Assembly: GCA_030698565.1 (NCBI GenBank)
Contig: JAUYJS010000008.1
Location: 15,098-79,097, forward strand
DNA: 64,000 bases
Direction of reading: 5' to 3'
From: Candidatus Shapirobacteria bacterium
Lineage (GTDB): Bacteria; Patescibacteriota; Microgenomatia; UBA12405
A program made the translations under genes and the position numbers. Shown piece after piece: positions 61,545-64,000 of this stretch. Numbering within the stretch: position 1 is the first letter of the stretch; the number at the start of each line of letters is the position of its first letter. The notes beneath the pieces were generated by a model. It was not told where the DNA came from and did no database searches. It worked only from the letters and a program-made list of their open reading frames with translations.

Positions 61545-63307
61545 TTACAATTGTTCCAGTCGTAATTGCCATTCCTTTATGATAAAAAAACTATCATTCC
61601 AAATTTGTTTCGAGTTAATATCAATTCCAACTTCTTTTAAAATTTTTGTTGGATTCTGAGAACCACCAGCCATTAAAATAGTTTCGATATTAGATACAAA
61701 CTCTTGCCTTTCATTTTTATATCTGGCAAATAGTGCATAAGACAAAAGTTCACCAAAATTATAGGCATAACAGTAAAACGGGGTATTGACGATATGGGGG
61801 ATATATGACCATTCGTATTTAAATATCTGATCAATCTCCACACTATCACCAAATTGTTCTTTTAATGTCTCTAGCCATAATTCAGATAACTGTTTTGCAG
61901 TACAACCCTTAGAAATTAATTCATGGGCTCTAATTTCAAAAATAACAAAATAATTTTGTCTTAAAATTGAAGCATAAGAATCGGCCAATTTTTCCATTAG
62001 CATTGATTTTCTAATTTTTGGATCAGTTTCTTTTTGATATAAATTTTCAAACAAAATCATTTCCGCCAAAGTTGAAGCTGTTTCCGCCAAAGGCAAATTA
62101 GCGTGTTGGACAGAGGGTAGATGTTGACTTGCCAATAAACTATGAACCGCATGACCTAATTCATGAGCCAAGGTCGACACATCTCTAATTCTGCCAGTAA
62201 AATTCAGCATTACATACGGTGTAATTTTAGGGTTAACTGTGGCGCAAAAAGCGCCACTTCTTTTATTTGGTTGAGGATGACTATCGATATGTTTTTGGTC
62301 TATTACTTTATTGGCCAAGTTGCCAAATTGAGGTGAAAATTCATTAAAGACATCTTTTACTATTGCCACCGCTTCGTCAAATCTAATTTGCTTTTCTTTA
62401 CTTTCTATTGGGGCGTAAATATCAAATCTTTTCAGTTTATTTTGTCCAAGTATTTTAGCTTTATATTTGAAAAAATCTTGGAATATGGTTCTGTTTTTCT
62501 GGCAAACTGACAATAAATTTTCAATCGCTTTGTCACTAATTTGGTTGGCAAAGTTCCTAACTTGAATTGGTGTCTCGTAACCTCTCAGCTTAGCTTCGTA
62601 GTCCCAATCTTTAACAATCGCCTGATAAATGGCAAAAAATTTATCTAAATTATCCTTTTGTTTTTCTAGAAGAGATCTATAAGCTGCCTCCCTTAATTCC
62701 GCTTTAGGACTGTGGACCAAGGCTAATAGTTCTGATTGAGTTTTTATTTTTTTTTAATTTCATATTTAAATTCGGTTTCAATTAAATTTCTTAAATCAAT
62801 CAAAACATTACTCCCGCTTATATCTTTTTGGGCAATAATAATTTCTTCTTTTTGGCTTAAAGTGTACTTGGCCGCCAGCCGATTGTAATTTAATGAATAT
62901 TCCAAATCCTTAATCGCTCCAAAAAGTCTCTTGGCGTTTTTATCATCTAATTTCTCTTTTCCCTTAATTTTTTTGCCTTTTAACCAATGCGAAATTGGTC
63001 TGGTTTTATGACTATATTCTAAAAAAAGATTATCTGTCTGGCTTTTATAAAGTTTGGCTACAGAATTTTTCTGATCAACTGCTTCCATTAAATGAGGTAA
63101 ATAACTAAGACGAGACATTTGGCTAGTCAAGTTTTCTCTAAATTTCACCAACTTTTTAAAATCATTTTCTTTCATTGACGGATCTAATTTTAAAATCCAT
63201 CCATCTATTTTTTTTAACTCAACTTCAATTTCGTCATATAACTTAGAAAAATATTTTACTGGCAGAATATTATCCAGGTTCCATTTTAAAATTGTATCAA
63301 TTGACAT
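61545..63307 (-). pseudogene. pepF: Oligoendopeptidase F (M3B) split by a frameshift in an A9 homopolymer into an N-terminal ORF (62744-63307) and a C-terminal ORF (61545-62720)
   Basis: The C-terminal ORF has the HELGHAVHS zinc motif. The N-terminal ORF matches the Peptidase_M3_N region. The two frames overlap across ttttttttt at 62747-62755, and a 1-nt indel there would fuse them (...EIKKKIKTQSELLALVHSP...). Confidence 0.6.
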
Positions 63308-63344
63308 TATTTATTTTACCAGTCTTGGTCTGATACAATGGCTT

Positions 63345-64000
63345 GTGTCCCAAAAAATAATTATTGTTGGTGCTGGCCCGGCTGGGCTTTTTGCTGCTTT
63401 AGAATTGACCAAGGATGCCGACCATCCCGAAGTTACAATTATTGAACAAGGCCCGTCCTTAGAAAGTCGCCCCAGAACCGAAACTATGATTGGTGTAGGT
63501 GGGAGTGGTACATTTTCTGACGGTAAACTTCATTTCACTCCAGTTTTATCTCATGAAAAATTATTTGATCTTTACTCTTTGGAAGAATATCAAACTTTTT
63601 TAGATTATTCTGAAAAGTTATTTTTAGACTACGGTGTTACTGCTCCCAATACCCCGGAAAATTTAGCTGAAGCCGACGAGATAGTGGAACAATGTCACCA
63701 ACAAGGAATTAAATTATACATTCGTCGATGTCGTCATGTTGGTAGCGATATGTTGCCCGGGGTTGTTAAAAATATGGTTGATGAACTTGAAAAAAGAGGA
63801 GTTAAATTTATTTGTCAAACAAAAATTGACCAAATTGTTGCCAAATATAAAAAAATTATCAGTATTAAATCGGGGAATCAGAATTTTACAGCCGATTCTT
63901 TTTTAATCGCTCCAGGTCGAATTGGAGCTATCTGGTTTCAAAATCAGGCTAAAATTCTGGGTTTAAATTATAAATATCAGGAAGTAGAAATCGGAGTTAG
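63345..64000 (+). CDS. FAD-dependent oxidoreductase (COG2509-like), N-terminal part; gene runs off the window end
   Basis: Frame from GTG 63345 translates to VSQKIIIVGAGPAGLFAALEL...GGSGTFSDGKL... with a dinucleotide-binding GxGxxG fold. Not in the ORF track because there is no stop in the window. Confidence 0.55.
   Translation, partial: MSQKIIIVGAGPAGLFAALELTKDADHPEVTIIEQGPSLESRPRTETMIGVGGSGTFSDGKLHFTPVLSHEKLFDLYSLEEYQTFLDYSEKLFLDYGVTAPNTPENLAEADEIVEQCHQQGIKLYIRRCRHVGSDMLPGVVKNMVDELEKRGVKFICQTKIDQIVAKYKKIISIKSGNQNFTADSFLIAPGRIGAIWFQNQAKILGLNYKYQEVEIGV

Overview
This is a low-GC (roughly mid-30s % by eye), gene-dense bacterial chromosome segment read in the standard genetic code. It looks like a Candidate Phyla Radiation (Patescibacteria)-type genome and spans the replication origin. 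From the left: a partial rpsA gene (minus strand) is followed by a 5S-23S rRNA pair with no linked 16S. tRNA-Ala and tRNA-Ile are separated by a DedA-family CDS. A minus-strand operon then encodes a 7TM membrane protein, an ATP-grasp protein fused to a retropepsin-like domain, and two RimK-like ATP-grasp ligases. These genes carry four copies of a ~50-nt palindromic repeat, three of them inserted in frame inside coding sequence in the manner of Rickettsia palindromic elements. Divergent from that operon is a plus-strand array of six paralogous small two-helix membrane proteins resembling VirB2/TrbC T4SS pilins, then a secreted protein and a VirB6/TrbL-like polytopic membrane protein. A second T4SS-like locus lies right of the origin: a VirB3-like membrane protein, a VirB4/TrsE ATPase, an M23 cell-wall hydrolase and small secreted proteins. 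Between the two loci are two large unknown proteins (one with a nucleoside-phosphorylase-like C-terminus), ftsH, a surface-glycan cluster (epimerase-DUF4012, Wzx flippase, O-antigen-ligase-like), the canonical jag-yidC-yidD-rnpA-rpmH / dnaA-dnaN origin with DnaA boxes, a 5'-3' exonuclease, a GT4 glycosyltransferase, trxB and fpg. The right third is a metal-homeostasis island: an ECF sigma/anti-sigma pair, two BlaI/CopY-like repressors and a BlaR1-like M56 peptidase, an HMA membrane protein with a cupredoxin domain, CopZ, CopA with a ~300-aa C-terminal extension, a second P1B ATPase with an unusual CPD motif, cupredoxin and DsbA-like proteins. It ends with a Crp/Fnr regulator, a two-component pair and a frameshifted pepF. 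No CRISPR array was seen.
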